From Lytechinus pictus (taxonomy: Eukaryota), in assembly GCF_037042905.1 (NCBI RefSeq), contig NC_087251.1, forward strand, positions 20,214,001 through 20,278,000: a stretch of 64,000 nucleotides of DNA. Reading direction: 5' to 3'. Shown in pieces: positions 42,731 through 53,441 of the stretch. A program made the translations under genes and the position numbers. Every line of letters begins with the position of its first letter. Positions within the stretch are counted from its first letter, which is position 1. The notes under the pieces were generated by a model that saw only the letters and a list, made by a program, of their open reading frames with translations, had not been told where the DNA came from and searched no databases.

Positions 42731-43322
42731 GGCCTTTTCACACGTGAATCATGAATCAGCATAATGATGATTGCAATTCGTCTTTATATCATCGGACCTT
42801 TCACACGGAAAAATTCGTACCGTAGTTTGAGTGAAACTTAACTGAATTCACTACCAGAGTATAGAATTTGAATTTGTGATTGTTTGTGATTAGCGTTCGT
42901 GATTCTACATGTAGTTTGGTTTCACACGTGCTAAAAATTCGTCATTAGCCTTATTTTTCACCGGAATCATCATTCAAATTACGATTTTTTTTCCGTGTGA
43001 AAAGGCGGTTAGTGTTCTTTCCAGCATGCCCATAGTTGTGCGAAATATTTTCTATATCCATCCACTTCATTTGGTCATTCATAATGAGTTTCTTTTCCTA
43101 TAAGAACAAAACTGTTGAGAAAAAGTATGTGCCTTTTCACACGTGAATCTTGAATCATCATTGTAATGATGATTGCTATCGTAATCGTGTCTGTGATTAG
43201 CGTTCGTGATTCTAATCATGTTCTAGTTTGGTTTCACCCGTGCTAAATATTCGTCATTAGCCTTATTATTCACAGGAATCAGCATTCAAATTACGATATT
43301 TTTTAACCGCGTGAAAGGGCGG
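42731..43322. mobile_element. Two related short MITEs (42731-43008, 43130-43322)
   Basis: Each begins GCCTTTTCACACG and ends CGTGTGAAAAGGC or CGCGTGAAAGGGC; shared interior. Confidence 0.65.
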
Positions 43323-43460
43323 TAAGTCATACTCGTTTCTCAGCTTCGCGTGCCACATCTTTGGTACATCTTTTGTAAAAATTACTCAAAAGAACAAAAC
43401 TGGTACAATTCCATTAAAACAAGAATTCAAAAAATCATTCTAAAGGGTAATTCAAGAATG

Positions 43461-43741
43461 TAATAATAATAGGCATTTATATAGCGCCATCTATCTAGAA
43501 ATATTCTATTCCGAGGCGCGTAGTTATTATTATTATTACCCCGGCTTTAGCTCGAGCTGCCTCTCAGCACTCATGCATTCAAGGAATAAATCCTACCGGG
43601 TACCCATTCACCTCACCTGGGTCGAGTGCAGCACAATATGGATAAATTTCTTGCTGAAGGAAATTACGCCATGGCTGGGATTCGAACCCACGACCCTCTG
43701 TTTCAAAGTCAGAAGACTTATCCACTGGGCCACAATGTGCC
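43461..43741 (-). mobile_element. tRNA-derived SINE
   Basis: A box TGGCCCAGTGG, B box GGTTCGAATCC; core shared with 1072-1352; (TTA)n tail. Confidence 0.85.
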
Positions 43742-44477
43742 AGTAATTAATTTTGAATGATTTTGTCACTGATTAAGGCATACCTTTTTAATGGATATCC
43801 TGATTTATCTAGTTACTTGCCTGGATTCCTCTTTAAATGAACCTTTCAGGCCAGAAGCGGATCCATAATTTTCCAAGGCGGGGGGGGGGGGGGGGGGCAT
43901 TTTTGTAAAGAAAAAACTAACAAGTCCCCAAAAGGTATTCACTCCCAATTAACGGCGATTTAGTTCAGGACTAATTTGACGAGCGCCCGCCCCTGAAAAA
44001 ATCTTACTTGCGCATGCACGACATTATTACCGTAACGAATATTTGTTATACCTCTCAAGGGGGTGGGGGCAAGGGCCGGTTGTGCCCCTACCTGGATCCG
44101 CCACTGTTTAGGACATTGCAAGGATATATCTGTATGTAGCTTATCTTGGCTCAATAACTTCCATTGTGCGCTTTTCATAGGGTCTGAATCCTTATCCACC
44201 TAGACTAGTACTTCACTAAAAATTGATGAAAGCTTTATGTTCAGGCACGTCACTACAGCAAAGGCGGCCTCCGCTGTCATTTTTCAATTAGTGAAAAACA
44301 TATAAGAAAGAGGAGAAAACAGAAGAAATTAAGAAGAAAAAGAAGAATGAGCGCTATTCTTTGATAGTGCAACTCTTGAAAACCTCTATATCTAATTGGA
44401 AATTATCCCGGTACCAACCTTATTTTATGCCTAAATCTTTTCCCATTAAATATAATCATCCAATTTAACTGAGCTTA

Positions 44478-44632
44478 TGCCTCAGTCACATTTCCCCTTC
44501 GGCGAGTCGAAAACAGCCGCTTATTTTTTTTGGTACCAGCTACGTATAGGTGGTTTAAATAAAAATGAATAAAACGGCTGTTTTCGACGCGCATAACGCC
44601 CCCTCCCTTATAAGGAAAATGTGACTGAAGTA
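44478..44632. mobile_element. Harbinger-like MITE 130 bp upstream of LRR gene 1
   Basis: TIR TGCCTCAGTCACATTT / AAATGTGACTGAAGTA; TSD TTA; related to 9829-9990. Confidence 0.7.
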
Positions 44633-44761
44633 TTAATAACATGTTGTACAAAGTACCTTCTCCATCCACCCATTTCAACTGGTCATTCCATGGATAAGTA
44701 CTGATCGCGGTATTGCAAGTCGACAACTAGGTCTGCGTTGCCGCGAGAAGAATATCTGAAG

Positions 44762-47608
44762 ATGAAGTCCTGTACTCTTTGTTGGTTGTTTTCAGGGCGC
44801 ATTTTCGGGATATTTGGTCTACTTACTTTTTCTTTTTTAATGGACCATTCTGTCGTATGCATTACCACTTGCCCTGATAAATGCACGTGCCGGCCGGCCC
44901 GCTCGGTCATCTGCTACAGCAGGTTGTTGACTTCAGTACCAACTTCCAATGTTTCAAGTGATATTGACAAGTTCATCTTAGATAGTAATAAGATCAGCAT
45001 CATTGAGGATGGCACATTCTCCTCATTTTCGTATCTTCGCCGATTGAGTCTTGGCTACAATACAATTTCTAGTTTGGAACCACTAGCTTTTCAGGGACTT
45101 CGCCGTCTATATGATCTCAGACTCAGGAATAATCGTCTTGTTGACATATCGGCCATACGTGATCTACCGAATCTTTTTTTCCTCCACCTCGAATCAAACT
45201 TCATACGTAATCTTGAACCAGGGGATTTTCACGACGTCGCCAATGTCAAACCATTAATTCTTAAGTTATCTTTCAACTTCATTACAAAGTTATCTCCATT
45301 GTCACCACCTATGACTTGTCTCAAAGCCACATCTAACTGCTTGATAAACTTCGACCTTCATGAAATTGGTCATGTAAATGAATTAAGTGAGATACATTTA
45401 AGTAATAACAAAATTACTTTCCTGCCTGACCTCAGTGGTTTGATTTCGCTCAAAATTCTTATCCTCTCTGGAAACCCAATTCAGGCGATATTCCCTTCTA
45501 CAACTGTTCCTCAAGGTTTGCTCTTCGTAGACATAAGATATGCCAATCTTTCGGCTGTCCCAGAATCATGGGTCAGCAAGAACAGCAGCATCACTCAATT
45601 GTTTCTTGACGGAAATTATTTGAAAACTACACCCAATATGGTACAGAATGAAAACGGAAATATACGAATTCTGTCCTTGAATGCAAACCCTCTTCAAGAA
45701 GAACAGGACTCTCTTCAAATCTCAGATGCTCATGTGAGTAACACATTCACACTGGACTTGTGTTTGATGCCTAATCTTCAAAGATTGTTTCTGATCAACA
45801 ATAAGATCGAACAATTCCACATTTCTGATAATTGCATTAACGACAGTATGATAAATGATGATCATTATCATCCACACAATCTCGTGTTTTTGTATCTCGA
45901 TCAGAACTCTATTGGAGATATTACGTTTCTTAGAAAACTCCCTCGTTTAGAGATTTTGTCTTTGTCTCATAACGAAGTTCAGACTGTGGATTGGGGACGC
46001 TCTGATCAACACAACAGACTTCGATACTTTTCACTGTCTCATAACCAACTTCAAATTCTTGAGAACTTCATGCGACTTGATGTCCTTCGCCATTTAAATG
46101 TATCTTACAACCAGATTCGGATGGTCAAGAAGGAAGCATTTCAGGGTTCTTTTAATTTGAACTTTTTGGATATGCGAGGCAATTATCTGATGACTATCCC
46201 TGACTTGTCGAATTTACCTAGAATTAATTATCTTGATCTAAGTGGAAATCTCTTGGAATGTATCCGGAAAGAAGATTTGAATAATCTAACCAACTTGTCG
46301 TACTTTAGTGTAGCAAATAATTTCATCAGCAATGTTTCAATTTCAAATTCTAAACATTTTTTAAAGTTGAACTTGCAAAATAATCTTCTAACCTCTTTGA
46401 ATGAAATCGGAGAACCACAATATTTGAATATCGATGGTAATATGATTTCTAATTTTCGTTTCCGATTTGGTGATGAACTACCACGTATTTCAGAAGCAGT
46501 ACTTTCACTCAGCAGACCGACGAATATGAGCCTTCCCTTGACAACTAAAACATTTCATTGTTCCAACAATCGCATTTTATCGCTGGAAGGAACCTCGATG
46601 TGCTTCAGTACAAGTAATGAACAATGTGGCGTTGCATGTTACCTAAGTGCTGTTTACCTAGATTGGAATATGATACGATATGTTTCCGCTGATGTGTTTA
46701 ATCATTGTAAACTGAATATTTTGTCACTTGAAGGCAATCCGATTCAACAATTATCAAGTGAATTCTTCACTAAGCTTGCTCGTCTTTATTTATCTCACTC
46801 ATATCTGATAACTTCATCACCTTCATTGACGGTGAAAAGTACATCTCTTGTAGTGTTGTCCATGAACAACATCCCGATGTTCAGGAACTTATCTGACAAC
46901 ATCAGCTTTGATTCATCTAGGTTAAATTTTCTGGTCTTTAGCGACAATGGTATAATTGATTTTCCTATCATAACAGCGCCTGCCCTCGATAGTCTGGATC
47001 TTAGTAAGAATGAAATCAAGTTTGTAATACAAGAAATGTTTGAAGGTATTCCAAGGATCCGCTATATTGATTTGAGTAGCAATCGCATTAAGAGTATCCC
47101 TCCTGGCACTTTTGCTACTAGTATTTACATCAGAGAGCTTAATTTGGAAAACAATCATATTCATCACATCAGTGAGTCTGCGTTCATCAACCAAAGGAGT
47201 GGATTCATTCTACGACTTGGAAACAACCATCTCGTATCGATTCTGCCAAGTAGTCTACCTGTTCTCTCGCGGACCGTCTACCTTGATCCAAACCCATGGA
47301 ACTGTGACTGCGAATCAACATCGATTAAAAGATGGCTCTTGCTATCAGGTGTCAATCTGTATCAGTGTATGAACCCATTGTATTTGAGGAATATGAGTCT
47401 TGTGAGTCTGAAAGAGACAGATTTGTGTCACGATGAGTATGGTGACTTCAAGTCTACAGAGACCCAAACCAGTCTTAGTATGCCTAGTGGAGTAAATAGA
47501 ATTCTTTTTAGCTACTGTCTAAAATTAACATGGGCACTTCTTTTATCTTCATACTTGTCTCTGTCAGAATTATCATATTACAGGGGCGGATCCAGCTTTC
47601 GCCAATAG
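44762..47608 (+). CDS. Single-ORF leucine-rich-repeat surface protein, copy 1 (TLR/SLIT-like ectodomain, no TIR)
   Basis: ATG 44762 aligns with the paralogue start; hydrophobic signal, LRRNT CPDKCTC, >20 LxxLxLxxN repeats, LRRCT NPWNCDC..C..P..L..DLC, hydrophobic C-terminus. Confidence 0.92.
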   Translation: MKSCTLCWLFSGRIFGIFGLLTFSFLMDHSVVCITTCPDKCTCRPARSVICYSRLLTSVPTSNVSSDIDKFILDSNKISIIEDGTFSSFSYLRRLSLGYNTISSLEPLAFQGLRRLYDLRLRNNRLVDISAIRDLPNLFFLHLESNFIRNLEPGDFHDVANVKPLILKLSFNFITKLSPLSPPMTCLKATSNCLINFDLHEIGHVNELSEIHLSNNKITFLPDLSGLISLKILILSGNPIQAIFPSTTVPQGLLFVDIRYANLSAVPESWVSKNSSITQLFLDGNYLKTTPNMVQNENGNIRILSLNANPLQEEQDSLQISDAHVSNTFTLDLCLMPNLQRLFLINNKIEQFHISDNCINDSMINDDHYHPHNLVFLYLDQNSIGDITFLRKLPRLEILSLSHNEVQTVDWGRSDQHNRLRYFSLSHNQLQILENFMRLDVLRHLNVSYNQIRMVKKEAFQGSFNLNFLDMRGNYLMTIPDLSNLPRINYLDLSGNLLECIRKEDLNNLTNLSYFSVANNFISNVSISNSKHFLKLNLQNNLLTSLNEIGEPQYLNIDGNMISNFRFRFGDELPRISEAVLSLSRPTNMSLPLTTKTFHCSNNRILSLEGTSMCFSTSNEQCGVACYLSAVYLDWNMIRYVSADVFNHCKLNILSLEGNPIQQLSSEFFTKLARLYLSHSYLITSSPSLTVKSTSLVVLSMNNIPMFRNLSDNISFDSSRLNFLVFSDNGIIDFPIITAPALDSLDLSKNEIKFVIQEMFEGIPRIRYIDLSSNRIKSIPPGTFATSIYIRELNLENNHIHHISESAFINQRSGFILRLGNNHLVSILPSSLPVLSRTVYLDPNPWNCDCESTSIKRWLLLSGVNLYQCMNPLYLRNMSLVSLKETDLCHDEYGDFKSTETQTSLSMPSGVNRILFSYCLKLTWALLLSSYLSLSELSYYRGGSSFRQ

Positions 47609-48646
47609 GGGGGGCCGAAAAATATTTTTATCAACATTTTTCTCGATTGGCCGCTATATAATCAGATTTTTTGTTGGTTTTTCAGGGGGTAGTCCTAATT
47701 AAAGACTGAAGTTTTAAGTATATGTTAGTTTTTATTGTTATAAACAAGTTAAGGTATCTCATGTGGTCTTAATATATAATGCGAGCGCGAAGCGCGAGCT
47801 CAAATTCTTTGATATTTTATGTCCTTAGACCTGAAGATTCTGAGATTTTATAATCATGAAAAAAGAAGAGTATCCAACTAAACAATGCGAACGCGAGTCG
47901 AAATTTTATTATAGTAACGTGAAAAGAGGATTCAATTAGGACTGTTTTTAGTGATAAACGAAGAGGATTACAAGTATCACCAATTAAATAATGAGAGTGC
48001 AAAGCGCGAGCTCAACATTTTTGATATTCCGACCTGAAAACTGGACAGTCTAAGCGCGTTTTTATTTTAATAAAGAACAAAGCTGTGTGTCTCAAACAAT
48101 TAAATGCGAGCGCGAAGCACGAGCTTAATTTTTTGATATACTGACATGATAAAGGAACATTTTGACAAATTTTGGTAAGAATTTCCAAAGAGGATAGGTA
48201 ACTCACAAATCAAACAATGCGAGCGCGCAGCGCGAGCTGAGAATTGTGATATACTAACAATTTGTGTAAATCAAACAAAATAATGAAAGCTTGATGTGCG
48301 AGCTAAAATATTGTGTGCAAATAGATTTCAGAACTGGATATATAAGTGCCATTTAATCCTCTTGAATGGGATTTATTACACAGGCAATGCGAGGGCGAAG
48401 CGCGAGCGAAATCTTTTATATAAAGTCTATTTTCCAATTCTTCCCTCACCTTTTTCTTGTTTCCTTTCGGGGTCGGGCCGGCCGTTACGAGGCTGTAAAT
48501 TACACATCATGGGTATGCTACCTCTTTCTTACTTTTCTTTCTGTTTTTCATAATTTCTATCAAGTTAAAGAGTACACTTTTTTCTGCAGGTTGTCAAAAA
48601 ATAGGGGGGCCGGGGCCGGCTCGGCCCCCTCCTGGATCCGCGCCTG
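47581..48646. mobile_element. MITE inserted at the 3' end of LRR gene 1
   Basis: TIR CAGGGGCGGATCCAG / CTGGATCCGCGCCTG; TATTA on both sides; absent from the paralogue. Confidence 0.85.
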
Positions 48647-50086
48647 TATTAAATGTACTGTCAATGCAAATTGCTTTGGAAATTATGGCTATACACATGT
48701 TTAGTGCACTTATTCTTTGAATATAAAACAAAATATCATTCACTGACAAAACGCAAACATATTTGGTCCACTGACTTTATTGACTGAGTATATAATGTGC
48801 ATATTTTCCACCAGATCAATGTTTAAACTCATGAAAATATGTCAATGAACAAAAGAGTATAGTATCTTCGATCAGACAAACAGTTAGGTAATCGACATCA
48901 AATATTAGTGAGTTTTCGTTCAGGGACGTACGGGGTTTTGATTGACGCGGGTGTATGGCAAGCCTTTTGAACAATTATTCCTTTTTCTTTACATTGATTC
49001 TTGATAGCAAGAATTCTATTTCCTCATATCAAGAATTTAATTCTTGATAACAAGGAATGCAATTCTTAGTAAAGAAATGGATGCTGTGCCGGTGTAATAT
49101 AGAAGTGCATTGAGTACATGGATATGTGCGTTATACACAAAGTACAAATACCCTATATTATTATTGTTCTTATTATTACTATTATTATCATAATTATTAA
49201 TATTTTATTGCTATCATTATCATTATTAGAAGTAGGATGAGTCGTTGTTGCAGTAGTAGTAGTAGCATATGTGTTAAGAATACCACCCAATTTACGATCA
49301 GCTTATAAATCCATCTCCTGGTTCTCCACTATCTCTTTCGTTCTCCGTTCTTCCGGATTTCAAGATGTTTTTTCCCTCGCTATTTATTCTCTTATTTATT
49401 TCTCTTTTCATTATTCTTATTTCTTATTTGTATTCTTTGTTAATGAAAAAAGTGGTACATTAAATACCAGGGCCGTAGACAACGGGGACAGGTAGGATCA
49501 CCCCCGCCAACTTTTCGGGGAGGGGGGGGGGGGATATTGCGTGATCTGAGTTTCAATGAAGAAAATACAATGTAATGGATTTTCTCTTTATGATATAAGC
49601 CTATAGTGATTATCATAACTCTCGTTATCATTACTATCATTATTTTATCATTATTGTTATTATTAATTTCCATGAAAATCAAAAGTCATTATCCCTCCCT
49701 CGCACACACTCATACAAACACACACACACACCCTCATACAGGCATATATTAAGATGGGGCTTTGAAAAACTTGCCACAAACAAAGTTCCACAATTAAACG
49801 AAAAAGTACAAGAAGAAAAGAAAATAAATAAGGTGCATTATGATATAATTTTTTTCAATGACATGTCAGAATCTATCACAAGATTTTCAATTTAGAGAGG
49901 TCATTATTTCTGTTTCCTGGCTTCGCTCGCACATAAACGCACTCACCCTAACACATAAAACACCCATACGCACACAGCCATATGATGGAGCACTGTAGAA
50001 ACATGCATTGAATATTAAAGTAAATTAGTAAAGTTTTAATACATATCCTCACACACACGGGTGTATATATATATGTGTAAATATAT

Positions 50087-50505
50087 TTCAATGCCGGTAA
50101 ATACCTTGTCCTTTCACACACTTAAGTTTCCCAATCGTTTCTATTGTATTCCACCATCTCGTTCAAGTCATTACCCCCTCTGTTGTTATTTTTTGTTATC
50201 TTACTATAATCCTTCTGTTCTGTACTCAACCCCCTCTGTTGTTAATTTCTGTTATTTTGTCATCTTAGTGTAACCCTTCTGTTCTGTACCCTTTGTTACA
50301 CATTTACTTTGTTATTTCGACCTTATTTGTATGGTTTGTTCTGTTTGTTTCAATGCATTATAGGCCTGATGAAGGCCCCATTGGCCGAAAGCTTGTAATA
50401 AAGAGATACATGGAAGCTACGTCTTGCGTTGATGCTGAATTATTTACAAGTGTACATAGAACATGACGCGCTGTAATACACGTTATGCAAAGGGCCCTCT
50501 TCTTT
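50087..50505 (+). mobile_element. Short hammerhead-bearing Penelope-like/retrozyme-like insertion
   Basis: Flanked by 13-bp direct repeat TGTGTAAATATAT (50074-50086, 50506-50518); T-rich body; CTGATGA-A-GGCC(CCATT)GGCC-GAAA-GCTT at 50366-50394. Confidence 0.65.
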
Positions 50506-50512
50506 TGTGTAA

Positions 50513-50513
50513 A

Positions 50514-50609
<96 letters not shown>
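50513..50609. repeat. (TA)n microsatellite
   Basis: Direct observation. Confidence 0.95.
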
Positions 50610-51460
50610 GTCTGCTTCGACATATGGAATGAAATAATCACAGATGGTTTAGTAAATGCCGTAGAAATAAAATCGTAGAATTTTAAAAGGAGCGTAGCTC
50701 TCAAAAATGAAAGTCACACTCTTCGTCAGTGCCCATGGTATGACAAAAAATAGAGAATTCAAAATCCGTTTCTGAAACAGTCGTGAAAAAAAGTATTTTC
50801 ATGGGCATAAGGATCGTGAAACTCACCTTTCAAAGAAATCAATGCGCTGAAGATGGAGGAAGCGCACTGTAAAAGACGCATCTAAAGACGCGCTGCCATG
50901 TATAGGTACCACATTGACGGCAAGATCGTAAACTAAAAAATCATTAACGAAAATGTGAAGTAGGTCAAGGGGTTTCGCCGGTATCGCGATCTAAAAATTC
51001 CATTCCGATCGACGAATGGGCGCTGTGCTGGAAAACCGTTCTGAAAAAGTGTGACCTAACTTCGCGGATTGGAGATTTAAACAAAATCTCAAGCTCAAAA
51101 GGTGAGATATTTATATCAGATTGACGAAAAGATGCTATAGAATCAGTCAGTACCACATTGAACTCACATTTTTTTGAATGATATCTGCTTGCAAAATGAC
51201 GATATCGTGATGCTTGTTGAGAATTTCAGAATTTCTTCGGAACGGGCGCTATAACGGTGACAAATTTGCCGATCTTTTGTCAATATTTTCATGAACACGG
51301 AACTCATCCGAAAGAAACTAACGCCAAATTGTAATTTTAGGTCGCTTTGCACGTTGATGTCAGATTTTAAGGATGTTGGCTAATATTTTAGATAATGACC
51401 GTCCGCGAAGTATGGACACACGCGAAGATTGGACGCACTGCCATAGATATGTTGACTAAA

Positions 51461-51739
51461 CAGTGCGTATCAAAAAAAGTTTACACTTTGAAAAATATCC
51501 TGTAAAATTAAACATTATTTTGTAATATCCTGTGATTTTTCCACATTTAAACATTGGTACAGATCCATTTAAAAATGGACAGTGCTCACTCAAGTATAAC
51601 ATTCTGTCAAAACTTTTACTTTCATTGGATAGATGAGACCCAAACCCAAGAATATGTGTGAAAAAAAATACCCACACGTTGTATATTTTTTAATTCCCAG
51701 GGCTTTTTCAAAGTGAAAACTTTTTTTCCATACGCACTG
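51461..51739. mobile_element. Tc1/mariner-type MITE (internally deleted copy)
   Basis: TIR CAGTGCGTAT / ATACGCACTG; homologous, in opposite orientation, to the ends of 58169-59127. Confidence 0.75.
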
Positions 51740-53441
51740 TATAATCATCTTTTTTTTCATGATTCTTTATCCCCATTTCTTTCACAAAATATTTAATTAG
51801 AGTAGGCATAGCCATTTTACATGTAATTTCTCACACACCAATATCCACAAATTTTTGCAAAACATAATTTTCGTATGCCAGTGAGTGTGGAATGGTCCCC
51901 CTCGTATGAATACCCCCGTATACGCCAGTGGTAATCATCGTAACTATCACTTGAAGAACCTCCAGTCAGTGATATTCATGACAAGAGGGTTTTTGCATTG
52001 TTAAAGAGCTTGGTGCGACGAAAACACCTCTTTTTATTCGGCCATTGCTGCTCTGAATATCGACCAAATTTCATGTTTTTGGTATCTTTATAAAGAAGAA
52101 AAATCATTCTTTTAGGCATGTGTCTGGATATTTAAAAATATTTTGTAATATAGGTGAAACTTATGATCTAAAACATGATACAAAATAATTATTTTCATGC
52201 AACAAAAGATGTGTTTTACACTTAATTATTTTTGTTTAAGCCCAAATGACTTTTGGATTATGATAAAGCTGTAAAAAACTAAGCTTTAATAAAAATTATG
52301 ATATAGGCTTTATAAGAGGATATATTTTAGATAGGTCAGCAACCATCTTAATTTTCATAGGCAAGTAAATTAAGCAGCTAATTAAAACAAGAAAACTGCG
52401 CTCTTATTGGTCACATAGACTACACACCCCCTCAAATTCCAACATTTCATTGCTCGTGGCACTCACCATGTGGTAATCTCTTCAATTACTCTCTGCTGTT
52501 CTGAAACCTTATCCAGCCAATCGGAAATATGGATTTCTTGCTACTCAGAATTTTAAATCTCGTCTTGTATCTTGATGGTAAAAGCTGGCTCGCAGTAATT
52601 ATCTAGTTACATACGCATCTTGTTCAGGTTTTAAAAAAATGCCCAGAATGTTCAATTTTCAGGACAAAATACATGAAACTCCAAAAAAGTTTAGCTCGCG
52701 CTTCGCAAGATTATGAGATTATTAAAATTTTATGTTGTTTGCAAGAATAAAGGTAAGAAATTACTGTTAGGACAAAGGCGTTTTGCCCCCTCCCCAATTT
52801 TTCACGACCAAGAAAAAAAAGATAAAAGGAAAGGGATAAGAAAGAAATATAGGCCTTTTATTTTCCAAGTGTTATGTACAAACATATCACAAACTTTGAT
52901 TTTTGTAATAAAAATGTCAAAATATTTGCTCGCTCGCTCGCAACTTCTTATTAATTTTGCGCAATACGCCATATCGAGCCCCCTCAAAAATTTTGGCATT
53001 TACATGCCCGGATTTGGATTTCAAGTAAATGTTAAATGTGGATTTGCTGATCTTAGCTTATCTTGGCTCTACAATGCCGTTGAGCTTTTTCTTCTGAGAT
53101 ATACTGATAATGAAACCTTGTCTTTGGTACTTCACTAAAAATAAAAGAAAAATCAAAAGAGGAAGGGAAAGAAAAAAGGAAAGCTATATAAAGCACTGTG
53201 GCATGTGTAACTCTTGAATACGCCTAAAATTCGATTAAAATGAAATGTCGTCACCTTATCTAGGTACGTCGATCACCCTCTATAGAAAATAACATTGAAA
53301 ACACACCTACTAAAAACCCCAGCTTTTCCCAAGTTATATCTCCATGCAACTTTTTCTATTTGGCAGTTCAATGGGCAAGGGTCTCCGATACTGTCACTGG
53401 ACACATAATATCTGCGCTGTTGAAAGAGGAATGATCTCAGG

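Noticed and set aside
42020..42747. 190-aa and overlapping ORFs
   Set aside because: Span repeat fragments (CGAACCTTCGGAAT units); no domain or splice support.
44395..44445. NF-kB-like sites upstream of LRR gene 1
   Set aside because: Weak consensus match, not evidently conserved in the paralogue.
44738..44761. ORF-track start at TTG 44738
   Set aside because: Non-ATG start; the paralogue and signal peptide support ATG 44762.
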